The notes under the pieces: model-generated | Told to the model about the DNA's origin: nothing | Database searches by the model: none | What the model saw: the letters and a program-made list of their open reading frames with translations, nothing else | Origin: Eledone cirrhosa | Taxonomy: Eukaryota | Assembly: GCA_964016885.1 (NCBI GenBank) | Contig: OZ024748.1 | Coordinates: forward strand, 51,584,001-51,648,000 | Length of the DNA: 64,000 nt | Reading direction: 5' to 3' | In this document: positions 1-14,304 of the stretch, piece by piece | How the letters are laid out: every line of letters begins with the position of its first letter | Numbering within the stretch: position 1 is the first letter of the stretch | Translations under genes and position numbers: made by a program

Positions 1-100
1 TTTACATTGAAAGGGGCGGTGTGGGTGGGGTGGAGGTGGTGGGACGGGGGTGTGTTTTGATAGAGATGCCTACTGACTGTAGTAGGTTTTTACTTTGTAT

Positions 101-1409
101 TTAGGTAAGGCGGGTCTTCTCTATTACTGTGTACCGCCAAAGGTCTCGGTCCAGTGACATTGTCTTGGAGAGGTGTAAGCGTGTGAGGTCGGAATTTATC
201 AGCTCGTCCCATGTTTTTCTGGGTCTGCCTACTCCGTGGTTACCGTCTATCTTTATTGCCCTGCACTTTGTTATACAGCTGTCGTCTTTCATGCGCATCA
301 CGTGACCATACCAACGTAGCCTTCTCTCGAGTAAACAACATCTGATCCCTCTTATTTCTAATTTTTTCCTTAGTTCGTTTATGCTTTGCCGTTCACGTAT
401 ATTACTATTGCACATCCAGCGGAGCATGCAAGCTTCGTTCCTCTCTAGTCTGCGTATATCCTCTGCACACAATGCCCAGGTCTCACTGCCATGCAGCATT
501 GCTGTTCGTATGCAGGCATCGTATAACCTGCCTTTCATTTTTAGGGAGAACCCTCTAGCGGCTAATAGTGGTATAAGCTCTCTGAACTTTTTCCATCCAG
601 TTCTGACTCTAGCTACTGTACTTTCAGAGCACCCTCCCCCACTGCTGATTTTGTCACCCAGATAACGGAAGCTGTCCACTATTTCTATAGAACCCTCTGC
701 GCAGTTGAAGGAGCTAGTATTTTGTGGGCACTTGCTGCTACTTATTGCACCAGAGCACCGGCCACATGTAAAATCTATGTTCTTAGTTAGCTTACCTGTG
801 ATCCCACTACATCTTTTATGCACCCATACTTTGCATTTGGGACATAAAATGGAGTTTCTACCTACGCCTTTCCTACACACTGAGCATGGCCATTTCCCAG
901 ATGGGACCGCCGCCTTATTTTCTTTCCTACAAACTAGAACTTTAGTCTTAGCCAGGTTAATTTTAAGGCCTTTTGATTCAAGGCCATGCTTCCATGTTTG
1001 GAATTTCTTCTCTAGTTCGGTCATTGATTCAGCTATGAGCGTTAGATCATCTGCGTATAGGAGTTCCCATGGGCAGCCGGTCTTGAACTCCTCTGTTATA
1101 GCCTGAAGGGCAATAATAAATAGTAGGGGGCTAAGAACAGAGCCCTGATGGACACCAACTTTTACGCTAAACTCTTCACTATATTCGTTGTTAATTCTAA
1201 CCTTACTGACTGTTTCTTTATACATGGCTTGTATAGCTCTCACAAGCCATTCGTCAACACCTAGTTTTCTAAGAGACCACCAGATAATGGAACGGGGGAC
1301 TCTGTCGAAGGCTTTCTCCAAGTCGACGAAAGCTAAGTATAGGGGTTTACTTTTAGCTAGGTACTTCTCCTGTAGTTGTCGTACAATGAAAAGAGCGTCT
1401 GTGGTACTT
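101..1409 (-). mobile_element. 5'-truncated RTE-clade LINE, reverse transcriptase C-terminal half with open frame
   Basis: Translation shows the RT motifs FVDLEKAFDRV, GVHQGSVLSPLLF, LLYADDL and FRYLG. A Cys/His-rich insert (CSVC..CPKC..HKRC..CGRC) and the RTE-type tail RRLRWYGHVMRM..GRPRKTW follow. Homology begins at STTDALF (~1409); the ORF-track N-terminus 1410-1486 is flanking DNA. Confidence 0.95.
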
Positions 1410-1446
1410 GAATTATATATGTATAAAAGAATTATATATGTATAAA

Positions 1447-1900
1447 ACGCCCAGTTCATCCTGTAAAGTGGTCGTGCTGGTGACATGACAAAAGCGCCCA
1501 GTTCACACTGTATAGTGGTTTTGTGGGGTCATGACAAAAATGCACCCAGTCTATTTTGTTAGGTGGTTGTACTGGTGACATGAACAAATCTGTAATGTTA
1601 GAAAGTGGTCATGCTGGTGACATTACAAAAAGCACCCAGTCCACCTTGTAAAGTGGTTGTGCTGGAGACATATTAAAAAGGCACCCAGTCTACCATGTTA
1701 AATGGTTGTTTTGGTGCCACAATAAAAAGCACCTAGTTCACACTCTAATGTGGTTGGCATTAAGGAGAGCATCTAGCTGTAGAAACCAAGACAAAAAGCA
1801 GATACATATGAGAAAGATGTGTATCACCTGACCTGACTTGTCTCATAACCTGTCCAACCCATGCAAGCATGGAAAAATAGACATGTGATGCTGATGGTTG
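1447..1900 (+). repeat. SINE 3' part: tandem ~55-bp AAAGCACCCAGT..CTGTAAAGTGGT units plus shared tail
   Basis: About 6 imperfect copies, then GGTTGGCATTAAGGAGAGCATCTAGCTGTAGAAA and CCAACCCATGCAAGCATGGAAAA, homologous to the tails at 13060-13160 and 58670-58810. Confidence 0.75.
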
Positions 1901-2309
1901 TATATATAATATTCATTGTTTAAAATTTAAATTCAGCATAAAGACATGAAATTATCAATATTTGCTCTAATCAAGTGTTGATTCCAGATTATATATTTAT
2001 AACATCATTGTAGAATGGCAAAATATAATACTGCTGTCACTAATGTTCTCCAAAGAAGATGCTACATTAAATTACTATATCTTCCTATATCTTTATTCAA
2101 TTGTTTTGTTTTTAAATAGTTGGTTGATCTTTTAATTTTCCAAATTATAGAATTTCATATAATAGATAATTTTGTCGTCTACATATGTTTACTAATCACT
2201 TGGTGGTGAAATTTGTTTTTATTTTTTCATTACAATATTTCTAACAAAAGATACAAACTATGGTTTTCAAATAATTTTGAAAATAGTCAAGAATTTAGAG
2301 TGATATCTT

Positions 2310-2533
2310 AATATAACTAGATTTCAAACCAACCATATCCAGCCAGAATTCTCTCACCTCTTTCTGTTCAAACTGGCTGTAACTGGCCGTTCATACTGAT
2401 GTTAAGGTATTGTTCTCAAAATAATATCAAAATCTCATAGATTCGATATTATGTGAGATATTTATGTAAGGTAAAGCCTTTACTGAGAAAATATGATAGT
2501 AAATATAGAGTAATGTAAATGTTAAAGGGTTAA
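2310..2533. mobile_element. TTAA-flanked MITE, degenerate copy
   Basis: Internally homologous to 2647-2845; ends AAGGGTTAA. Confidence 0.65.
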
Positions 2534-2646
2534 GCTGAATTTTGAAATATAACATAGCAAAAGTTCTTAGATAGAATTAGGATGGAATGTTTCCTTTAGA
2601 TAAATCTAAATGTTAAAATGAACAACATGGCAGAAGCAGGGGTGGT

Positions 2647-2845
2647 TTAACCCTTTAGCATTTAAACCGTCCATATCTGGCCAGAATTTTCTAACCTCTT
2701 TCTTTTCAAACCGGCTGTAACTGGCCACTCAAACTGATGTTATGGTATTGTTCTTAAAATAAATAATATGAAAATCTCATAGATTTGATACTATCTGAGA
2801 TAAAGCCCTTGTAAATATAGAGTAATGTAAATGCTAAATGGTTAA
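2647..2845. mobile_element. TTAA-flanked (piggyBac-like) MITE
   Basis: Termini TTAACCCTTTAGCATTTA ... TAAATGCTAAATGGTTAA. Homologs at 37674-38100, 46190-46366 and 50113-50336. Confidence 0.8.
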
Positions 2846-3071
2846 AGTGGTTTGGTATCACTAAGGTTAAAGATGAAACCAAATTGGTCAGAGATATTTT
2901 ATATCATTTTGTCATAAGAATCCTATTCACTTTCTATTTAGTTGTATTGAGAACAGTAAATGTTTCCTCCTCCAGTTTTCACAATGAATATAACAGTTGT
3001 TTGATCAACTCAGCTGCCTACTCTTTGGAATATAATGTAGGTTGTTGAATGTTCCAAAGAAAATTGTATTC

Positions 3072-3264
3072 TTAACACTTCTGATACCAAGCTATCTGAA
3101 ACTGCTTTGGATTTATGATACAAAACCTTTCATCATAACTTTCTCTTAGAAAAGTTTAAGTAATGTTCTAAATATCAGCTTAATTAATGAAAAAGTTATT
3201 TTATCAAATTTCTCCAAATAATTCAGTATTTTCAAAATGAGAAATAAGGTTATAGAAGGGTTAA
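3072..3264. mobile_element. Second TTAA-flanked MITE family, degenerate
   Basis: TTAACACTTCTGATACC ... GGTTATAGAAGGGTTAA imperfect terminal inverted repeats. Confidence 0.6.
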
Positions 3265-4598
3265 TGTAATAGTTTATCAGAATAATCCTAAGAGAATGTG
3301 CGACAAGGATGCCTCTTTGATTAATAGAAACAACCCACATGATAGATAACCTTACATACTATTTTTGTCTACAAAATTTCACTTATAAATCCTGCATCAA
3401 ACTGAGGTTATAGTTAAAAGCATTTGTCTAAGAGTGAACCTAAGACTGCACGAGTGTGGAAGGAAATATTTAACTACGTGCCAATTCCTCTGCCCATACA
3501 TGTGTATATATGCACACATAAACATACATGCATACAGACATAAACATACATGCATACAAATACATACATAAAGAAAGTATGATTAAGGAGGGGGTTTACA
3601 GATCCCTCCCTGCACCCCAGAAAGAAACTATGGTGAAGAAGGATACGAGAGAGAGAGAGAGAGAGAGAGCAATGGAGAAAAAGATTGAAACATGAATATA
3701 CAAGAAAATGTTAAGTTTGTTGAGGAAAGAATAATTAAGAATTTGTGTTAGAATACGAAATAGTGGGAGGTATGCCAAATAGTGTTGTGAATTAAAAGAA
3801 AGATAGAGAGATAAATGGACTAGAAAGGGTGAGAGAGGGAACTGAGTATGAAGAGAAAAAGTTGTAAGAAAATATTTAATGGGAAAGGCGTCAGTAAGAT
3901 AATAGATAGAAAACTGAGAGAAGAAGCCATAGTGGTGGTTGTGGTGATCTTGCATGATGTTAGAATTGGGAAAGGATAAGATGGGATAGAATGGAACAGC
4001 TTGGCAGCAGTTGAACAAAAAAGAAAGAAAAAATTCCTTCGAAAGAGAATGCAATAAGCAAGACGGAATATATTAAAGGATTTCATTAAAAAATCCTAAT
4101 AAATAAAGGCCCCCAAAAATTAGTGCACAATTATTTCTCCCCCACCTGTCCACCATACATACATACATACACGTATGCTTCAAATACATAGAAATATGTT
4201 TAATACATACACACATACATTTATCAGTGTGCACATATTCTAAATAATTTTATACTTTATATATATATATATTTATGTATATGTGCCTGTGTGTATATGT
4301 ATGTGCATGTTATTATTGGTATACATACATACATACATATGGATGTATGTTTGCATACACACACATACATATATACATACATACATACATATATATATAA
4401 TATAATCCATCCAACACCTTGCCATGTTCGAAAAATATTACATTATTAAAATGCTGTAAGAACATCGATAATATCCAAAGGGAAAATTATTTGGACAGTG
4501 AGAAAAAAAAAACAGGAAAGAAAATTTTAATCTTCTCTTCCAACAATTTTCACTCAAAAATGTTCATACTATTATTATCATTATTATTATTATTATTA

Positions 4599-4632
<34 letters not shown>

Positions 4633-5691
4633 ATCACCATCATAATTACCATTATTACAATTATTTTTCTACCATCAGTATTATTAATATAGGCTCTAGT
4701 TGTTGATGCTATTTTTTTCTCCTGGTGTTTTTTTTTTCTTATATTTTTATTTTGTTTTATATAATATTCTGTTCTGTTTTAATCCAGTCTTTTGACTGGG
4801 ATGAAATTAACAAACCATTAACACTTTCTTGGTGCCACCACTAAACATATAATTATTGTTATGAAAAATATTAAGATGAAAAGCTATTTTACATATGTTG
4901 CTTTATATTTTTTATATTTATTTATTTACACAGTTTTTATATTTTTTGTTCAGAAATATCTGTTCAATCACAATATCAATCACTATAAGACTGAACTCTC
5001 ACTATTCACTTTTATATTTCATAGTTTTCTTTTTCTTTTGACCAACAATATTGTTCCATATCATAATTAAAACGTTTAACCACACACACATGCAAACCAC
5101 CCTATACACATATATATACATATATACTCTGTAATAAAACACATAGCTACTCCACGATTGGTATTGCCAAAATATTTTTAGCCAAAAGTGTTCTACAAGT
5201 ATTCATAAAATTATGAAGTATTAAGGACTTTGTTCAACACAGGTCTATAGAATGAAGGAAGAGATGGAAAGAGTCGATCTTTTCATACATGATATAAATT
5301 AAATCTGTGTGATCTTCCTCTATTTTGGTAACGCCATTCTACTTATGAATACACATGCACCAATTGCACCAACATATGCACTGAGAAGATTACAGATATA
5401 CTGAGAAAAACTTGAAAAATTCAATCAAATTTGAAAGTAGTGAAATACAACCAGTGTATGTAGTTTTATTGGTAAAACAACCCAATCAGAACACAACAAT
5501 GTCTATTTTAACACAAGGTTACACATTAAGAATATTCAATAAAAATACAAAAGCACACACACATTCATTTATTATGGCTATATAGTGAATCTCACACAGG
5601 ATCATCTGACAAAACTCACTACTTAGCCAAAACAAATGAATATTTAAATTCAACTTTGGTATTGAGTACACTTTTTTCTTGTCCGTCAACT

Positions 5692-5726
<35 letters not shown>

Positions 5727-5923
5727 AATGGAAGTACAGCATATTTGAAGCTCGAGCCGCAGCTAAGCCGACGAATGCAATCAGAAGTGCAACCAAGCAC
5801 TCAATAAGGTATAAAACCTTAGAGTAATAACATACCGTTTAAAGGGCTTTGCAAATTGAAGATAGAGACCAGTAATTCAGCCGTGGGGACCGTAGCAATG
5901 AAAGAACTGACTCACGAGAAAAA

Positions 5924-5956
<33 letters not shown>

Positions 5957-6634
5957 ACAAACCTGGACCATCACTTCAATATTTTGCAATATCTCAGTTA
6001 GGTTTCTGTAAATCCGAAATCTACAAAATCTGCTTGCGGTGTATGCAAGTTAGTTCTGAATAATCGAACAGAGGATTTACTTTCTCAACAGGCTTCCGTT
6101 CAGACGCCAGTCCGGTTGTAAGAGCACGTGTTTCTCCAAAGGGAGCTAACACCCGGTTTTTGGCTGTCAAATTCAAATTATGAGCAATGGAATAAGTTCC
6201 ATAAAAAACTGAATTAAGCACTCAACCAGATCGTTATTAAACAAACATAAATAATTAATCAATCAATAGAATTGTCTAATTAAATTAATCAATTATATAT
6301 ATATATATGTAAAAAGTAAACAGTAATAACAAAAGCAAATGACTGTACAATGAAGAAATATATTAGTTTAACACTTAAAATAATAGGAAAAGTGTCTTAA
6401 CATTTTGGGCCCTAGTCCTTCATCAGATGATAGAATGAGAAGTGGAAGGAATAGAAAAAAATTGAGAAACACACACATATATACAATGATAATTCTTTAT
6501 AATCCTAATTTTTGGATGAAACACAATCAACAAAGCTATTTCTGGAACATGACCCACAGGGACAATGTTACCTGTGATTACACTATCTAATGTGTTCTTT
6601 CTATCTGCAAAAAATTGTGTTGGTTATTCTAAGA

Positions 6635-6799
6635 CAGTCGTGGGCAAACTGCAGCTCCCGAGCTACATGTAGCTGATTTGACTTTCTGAATGGCATGCTT
6701 AATTTCAGAAATTACCTTGAAATTTTAAGAGTGCAACCCACTTTATGATGAGACACATCCTTTGTGACCCACTGCTCGAAAAAAAGTTGCCCATGTCTG
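6635..6799. mobile_element. hAT-type MITE
   Basis: TIRs CAGTCGTGGGCAAACT / AGTTGCCCATGTCTG with near-identical 8-bp TSDs TTCTAAGA (6627-6634) and TTCTAGGA (6800-6807). Confidence 0.8.
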
Positions 6800-6929
6800 T
6801 TCTAGGAGGTCAACTGCTCATGTAGATGCTATTTTATTGTGTCAGGTTATATTTGATTGAAATATCTGGTATTTTCTTTTTATCAATCTTGAGAATATAA
6901 GAGAGAAGACGTCAAAGCTAATCAGGTTA

Positions 6930-7192
6930 GATTTAAACACAGATTGTAGAATATAACTAAATTATACTGCTATATCTGTAATATGGTGCAAGATAAATCT
7001 TTCTTTCTTTTTCACAATGTCATTATATTATGAAAATCATGAACAAATGTCATTTTCTAAATTTGAACACAGATTGTAGTGTATATCTCAATGCTGCTAT
7101 TTCTCTAATATGGTCCAAGATAAACGATTTTTTTTACATAATCTACCGGAGCTATTATTGTATTTTGAGAATCCTGAACAAATATTTTCTTT
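6930..7192. repeat. Diverged ~130-bp tandem duplication
   Basis: AACACAGATTGTAG..CTGCTAT..TAATATGGT.CAAGATAAA..TGAACAAAT occurs twice. Confidence 0.7.
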
Positions 7193-7989
7193 AGACAAAA
7201 AAATAAAAAATTGTAGTTCATCTAACTGGTTTTAAATTTTATTTCATTCTCATGACATAATAACTTTTAAGTATTTCTGTCCACAGAGAGAAATATAACC
7301 ATATTTTTGTTTCTTCTGTTGTTTATTCAGAGAGGGAAGGATAGCACCCATTTTCAGGGCTCTGAGACTGGTGAGAAGGAAGGAAGGAAGTTATCCTCTA
7401 ACCAGAGATCCAGCTAGAATGCTTGCAACAGAGTGGGCTCTGATAAAGCAACTGTCCCCAAGGACCAGGTGGTAGTGGTGGCAGTGGTGTTAAACTTGCT
7501 GACAGATGTAGTCAACAGACCACTCAAGAACACAAAAGGTAAAGAAATGGAACAATTACAATAGCACATCTCATCTGAGACAATATCAGTTCTACCAAAT
7601 CACTGTCTTGGACAGCTACTTTAATTTATTGATTCCAAAAGGAAGAGAAACAAAACAGACCTTGGTGGTATTTGAACTCAGATCACAGAGAACCAGAACA
7701 AATGACATAAAGAATCTTGTCCTACATTCTAGCATCTCTGTCAGTTCGCCGTCTTAACTGTATGGTAGCTATATATATCATCTCTAAATTGTAGTGAGTT
7801 TGCTCAATCAATTAGTTTGATTTGCATAAAAATTGTAGTGCTTCATTAGCAATTTATTTAAATTAATTATTTAATTAGTGTATAATTAATTAAATACATG
7901 TTCTGTTCATCAATCAACTCTCTCTGCCACTTCAATTTATTGACCTTATAACAGTAAAAATAGTATAACTTATTAACAATAATAATATT

Positions 7990-8885
7990 TGTTACTACTT
8001 TTTATACAAGGTCGGCAAATTGAAGGGAAAGGGGAAGTCAACTACATTGACCCCAGTGATTTGTAGGATTGTAAGAATGAAAGGCAAGTGGGGGTTGATA
8101 AAATAAAGTACCAATAATAATGGTTTCTGACTTAGGTACAAGACCAACAATTTTGTGGGGAGGGAAAGTCAATTAAATCAACCCCCAGTAAGTAACTGAT
8201 CATTTATTTTATTGACTCCACAGAGATGAAAAGCAAAGCTGACCTCGGTAGGATTTGAACTCAGAATAACCCATCCTAGTTTGAAAATGAATGTTAAACA
8301 GTGATGATGATGGTGATGATGACTGTGAAGAGCCTGAATAAATACCTCAAAGCTTTTTACTCAACGCTCAAACATTTTTGCCAATCCACCACCCAATAAA
8401 GTTCCAATGATAATAATAATGTTTATACTTTTGGCACAAGGCCAGCAATTATCCCAGTGCATTACTGGTACTTTATTTTATCAACACCGTCAGGATGAAA
8501 GGCAAAGTAAACCTCAGTGAATTTGAGCTCAGAATGTAAAGGGCCATGATTCTATGCTGCAAAACATGGTGTATGATGCTCTAATAATAGCCATACCTCA
8601 AAGAAATATAGTTACAATTCAAAATAAGTTTTGTTGTTGTTGATTAACTTGAGATCAATCCTCAGGGAATAGACTTATAAGTAAAAAGTGTTCTAGCGCT
8701 TAGCCTATGTTTTTTGGGGGCACATACAGCTACATTAGGCAACAAATTAGCAGAGTTGTTAAGTCATTGGATTAAAAAATGTTTCAGAATTTGTCTCAGG
8801 ATATTTCATTTGAGTTCAAATCCTGACATCATCAACTTTGCCTTTCATGATTTTAAAGTCAATGAATAAAGTGCCAGTCTAATGT
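7990..8885. mobile_element. Cluster of decayed SINE-B fragments in both orientations
   Basis: Motifs GATGAAAGGCAAAG, GGATTTGAACTCAGAA, GGCACAAGGCCAGCAATT and AACTTTGCCTTTCAT are shared with the full copy at 37711. Confidence 0.75.
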
Positions 8886-9067
8886 ATGATTTCTCTCTTT
8901 CTCTGGAAGAAATCAACAGCGTTCCGAGCTGGAGAGGTAAGGGCTCCACCAGATTTGAAAATATCCAAGACATGCTGTGCCTATATGATTCCATCATTAT
9001 CAAATGTGTCTTTTCCTTATTTAAGACATTACAGTATGACTGAGAGATATTTGAGGTAGTTCTTGGT

Positions 9068-9235
9068 CACAGGCATGATTGTGTGGCTACGGAGATTGTT
9101 TTGCAACCATATGGTTTTATATTTGATCCTACTGTGCAGCACCCTAGGCAAGTGTCTGCTATCATAGTCTTATAGATTCGGGCTGATCAGAGCCTGAGTG
9201 CAATAAGCTAGAAGGAAAAACTGTGTGGAAGTAAA
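9068..9235 (+). mobile_element. Decayed third tRNA-derived SINE family (also 58080-58245, 39790-39900, 3365-3485)
   Basis: CAGGCATG..TGTGTGG..TTTTGCAACCA.AT head followed by GGCAAGTGTCT..CTA..ATAG core. Confidence 0.55.
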
Positions 9236-9952
9236 TTAAAGGAATTGCTCAGTCATGATTTTTCTGGAGCTTATATGTCTTGAAGAGGATGGATTTAATC
9301 TGGTGCATAGTTAAACCACTAGAATTTGCGATTTGGGTGCCATTCATGAAGTACAGTTTGCTGCAAGCATTTGAGGTAGTTTTTTGATCAGAGGATAACA
9401 TCTTAGTAGATCCAACAGGTCACAGAAGTTCTAAAAATGGTCATTGACACAGCCCTTACTATTCTGACAAAATTTTGAAAAAATAAAACAAATTAATATC
9501 AAACAGAAAAACCGAGGGTTTCATATCGTTCCAAGAATAGCTATGGATTGTAAGAGTAAACACATTAATTCAAAATTACAAAAAGAAATGAGAAACTTAA
9601 AAAGAGAAAAACAAAAACATAAACAAAAACAGAAACAACAAAAAAAGGAATGAGAGATAAGAGAAAGGCAAACTAATTGTAAGTGCAAAAGCATTTCAAT
9701 CAAGAAACTTGAGAAAACAACTTTAATCTCTAGAATAACGCACACAGAGATCTCCTGATAATTTCTGCAATAACGCAATAATACTGGAAGCTAGTCATTT
9801 TTCTGAATATGAATTTGCTGCAGAACAAAAAGCTTATGTACAGAAATCTGATAAAATTCAAGTAGTTTTTAATGGTAAAATATACAAGTGTGTGTTTTGC
9901 ACATATACACACACACATACACAACGTATAAATGTGTGTGTGTTTGTTTGTT

Positions 9953-10005
<53 letters not shown>

Positions 10006-10009
10006 ATAT

Positions 10010-10092
<83 letters not shown>

Positions 10093-10104
10093 CATATATA
10101 TATG

Positions 10105-10180
<76 letters not shown>

Positions 10181-10188
10181 TATATATG

Positions 10189-10238
<50 letters not shown>

Positions 10239-10242
10239 TATG

Positions 10243-10280
<38 letters not shown>

Positions 10281-10286
10281 CATATA

Positions 10287-10338
<52 letters not shown>

Positions 10339-10840
10339 TAGAAAGATTTGAATGGATACAGTTTAGTTGAAAGGAATTTATTGACACGTGTTTCTATAAC
10401 AGTTACATAACCTAAAACAGCTATCTACAAACTTTTTGTTATGCAGACATTCAATATTTCAATGTTATTATTTACTGTCATTTCATCAGAATAATATTAC
10501 TGAGGACCTATTTAGTTTTTATAGAGAATATTAGGAGGAAGGGGTGAAGTTGTTAGAAGAATAGTTGAAGGAGTGGTTTTTCGATAGCAGTGAGAATTCT
10601 TGGTGGCAGTGATTAATTAGATTCCCATCTGTTGTTTTGACATTTTTATAGAATATATTATTGGTTATTTTTCTAAATCTATAGAAGGATTAGAGATAGT
10701 AAAGATATGCGTGGTTGGTTTTGTGTTTGCACTTAACATTCAGACTTAAATTTTTCTTTCAAGTGTACGTATTCTTTCACCCACGCATTCACACACAAAT
10801 ATATTTGCACACCTTATATTACAACACAACGGAAAATACT

Positions 10841-11037
<197 letters not shown>

Positions 11038-11051
11038 TATATATGTATATG

Positions 11052-11124
<73 letters not shown>

Positions 11125-11239
11125 GTATATATATATGTGTATATATATGTATATATATATATGTATATATATATATGTATATATATGTATCTATATATAT
11201 TTGTATATATATATGTATATATATATATCTATCTATCTA

Positions 11240-11399
11240 AGGCGGGTAAAATTCCCGAGATCCATGGTCTCTGTCCCTCATTATCGCTGCCATATCCTGC
11301 ATCTCCAACAGACCAGTGTCTGTCCTTAGGGCATCAACATATGTTAACCTTGGTCTTCCTCTTCTAGTGTGTCCATGTAGGGGCTCCCAAAGGAGCACT
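11240..11399 (-). mobile_element. 3' fragment of an RTE/RTE-X-like LINE ORF between TA arrays
   Basis: [38 protein letters not shown] resembles RTE-group C-termini. Confidence 0.75.
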
Positions 11400-11402
11400 G
11401 TA

Positions 11403-11462
<60 letters not shown>

Positions 11463-11484
11463 CATATATATATGTATATATATG

Positions 11485-11873
<389 letters not shown>

Positions 11874-11917
11874 AAGTTAAATAAAAGTCAAATGATTAAA
11901 ATTTAGCTTCGTTTATT

Positions 11918-11972
11918 ACTGCTATATATATTTCAGTGACAGCCATCTTTGGCTGTGACCTCTTCAGGCAGT
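11918..11972 (-). ncRNA. Minimal type I hammerhead ribozyme motif
   Basis: Minus strand reads ACTGC-CTGAAGA-GGTCACAGCCAAAGATGGCTGTCACT-GAAA-TATATA-TA-GCAGT. Stem I is ACTGC/GCAGT, stem II contains ACAGCCA/TGGCTGT, and stem III is palindromic. Confidence 0.75.
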
Positions 11973-12178
11973 TTGAATTAGTATGGTATAGACAAGTACA
12001 TATGTTGTTTAGGTGTATGATATTGTCAATACTCTGATATGCCCAGTTCCTTGTTGGGTTGTTAATTCACTGGGGAACTGGTATACAACCAACATAAACT
12101 CAAAATCTCTCTATATATATATACATATATATATACATATATACATATATATATATATACATATATATATATACATAC

Positions 12179-12209
<31 letters not shown>

Positions 12210-12275
12210 CATATATATATACATATATATATATACATATATATATATATGTATATATATATGTATCTATATATA

Positions 12276-12307
<32 letters not shown>

Positions 12308-12365
12308 CATATATATATACATATATATATATATATATGTATATATATATGTATCTATATATATG

Positions 12366-12400
<35 letters not shown>

Positions 12401-12459
12401 GTATCTATATATATGTATATATATATGTATATATATATGTATATATATATATATGTATG

Positions 12460-12506
<47 letters not shown>

Positions 12507-12521
12507 ATATATATGTATATA

Positions 12522-12557
<36 letters not shown>

Positions 12558-12584
12558 TATATATATATATAAATATATATATAC

Positions 12585-12615
<31 letters not shown>

Positions 12616-12769
12616 CATTTATATTTATACATATATATATATACACATATATACACATATATATATAAATACATATATATACATATATATATATAAATAC
12701 ATATAAATACATATATATATATATCTACATACATATATATATATACATTTATATATATATACATATATA

Positions 12770-12803
<34 letters not shown>

Positions 12804-12837
12804 CATATATATAATATATACATATATATATACATAT

Positions 12838-13170
12838 GGAGGCACATGGCTTAGTGGTTAGAGCATTGGCCTTGCAATCGAAAGGTTGTGAGTTCAATTC
12901 TCAGACCGGGTGATGTGTTGTTTCCTTGAGCAAGGCACTTTATTTCACATTGCTCCAGTTTACTCAGCTGTAGAAATGAGATGATAGGGGTCCCTATCAT
13001 TCCACTGCAAAGTGGTCGTGGAGGTGCCACGGCAAAAAAGCACCCAGCACTCACTGTAAATGAGGTTGGTGTTAGGAAGGGCATCCAGCTGTAGAAATCA
13101 AGCCAGCATCAGTTCCCGTCCTACCCTTGCAAGCAGGGAAAAAGCGGACGTAAAATGAAATGAATGAATG
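12838..13170 (+). mobile_element. SINE-A, full-length (tRNA head, core, RTE-like tail)
   Basis: A box TGGCTTAGTGG, B box GAGTTCAATTC, core CCTTGAGCAAGGCACTT, tail GGAAGGGCATCCAGCTGTAGAAA..GGACGTAAAATGA. Confidence 0.92.
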
Positions 13171-13187
13171 AATGAATATATATATAC

Positions 13188-13266
<79 letters not shown>

Positions 13267-13306
13267 CATATATACATATATATACATATATATATATATA
13301 CATATA

Positions 13307-13358
<52 letters not shown>

Positions 13359-13411
13359 CATATATATATATACATATATATACATACATATATATACATA
13401 TATATATATAC

Positions 13412-13456
<45 letters not shown>

Positions 13457-13559
13457 CATATATATATACATGTATATATATATATATATGCATATATATA
13501 TATATGTATATATATACATATATATCTACATATACATATACATATATATATATACATAA

Positions 13560-13687
13560 ATCTGATGATTTCTAATGAATGAAACAGTTCTAGTCCTGTA
13601 GAATCTCATCTATATTAAAACTGTTATACTCTGCTATGTATTGAGTACCTTACTTACTGTGGTTACCTCCGATTCAACCCGGAATAA
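13560..13687 (+). mobile_element. Hammerhead-bearing small element family 2, 5'-truncated copy
   Basis: CTGATGA-TTTCTAATGAAT-GAAA-CAGTTCTAGTCCTG-TA-GAATCT followed by a conserved tail ending CCCGGAATAA. Homologs at 34208-34350, 35023-35098, 36185-36250 and 62286-62476. Confidence 0.75.
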
Positions 13688-14009
13688 CGTACATAAATAT
13701 ATATATATATACATACATACACAGTGGATCCTTGGTTCATGTACTATTTTTCCAAACATAAAATGTCTCAGTTCACGAAAGGTGTCGTGAGTAACAAACA
13801 TGCAAGCCAGCAACAATGGTTGGTAATAAGCTTGGAGTATTGGTGTGAAAGTATCACTTGCTGTTTAGTTAGTTTCTATGGCGATATCTATCTGTCTTCC
13901 ACACATAGTCTCTCTCTTTCTCTCTCAACATTTCACATGGGAACAATAGTTTCAGTTGACAAGCATTACAGGTGAAGAATGGCCTTCAGGAACAAATTAA
14001 GTTTATCTA

Positions 14010-14099
<90 letters not shown>

Positions 14100-14100
14100 A

Positions 14101-14304
14101 GAAATGTAAGCTACCGCCGTATTTTGACTAAAGAAATTATTTAGCCTGATAGTGGGGTTAAGAACCCTGGGAGAAATGGAAAAAGATGAATATTGACGTA
14201 CATGTAGGTCAATACTCATCTTTTTTCACTTCTCTGAAGGTTCTTAACCCCACTATCAGGCTAAATAATTTCTTTAGTCAAAATATGACGACAGCTTACA
14301 ATTC
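14101..14304. repeat. ~200-bp near-perfect palindrome
   Basis: Arms include TATTTTGACTAAAGAAATTATTTAGCCTGATAGTGGGGTTAAGAACC and its exact reverse complement; the centre is TACATGTA (14199-14206). Confidence 0.92.

Noticed and set aside
381-1445. Plus-strand ORFs over the RT, and 31523-32788 over the large exon
   Set aside because: Antisense shadows of real minus-strand frames.
5745-6240. CpG-richer segment suggesting a promoter or exon (also 36650-36800)
   Set aside because: No recognisable ORF, RNA fold or repeat match could be established by eye.
7331-7538. Possible plus-strand exon (TTCAG acceptor, AAG|GTAAAG donor)
   Set aside because: Stops in all three frames and no homology; cannot be supported without RNA data.
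12838-12910. tRNA genes at SINE-A/SINE-B heads
   Set aside because: A/B boxes are present but always fused to SINE core and tail in many copies.
12851-13084. Recurrent [14 protein letters not shown].. small-protein family
   Set aside because: It is the antisense translation of SINE-A copies.
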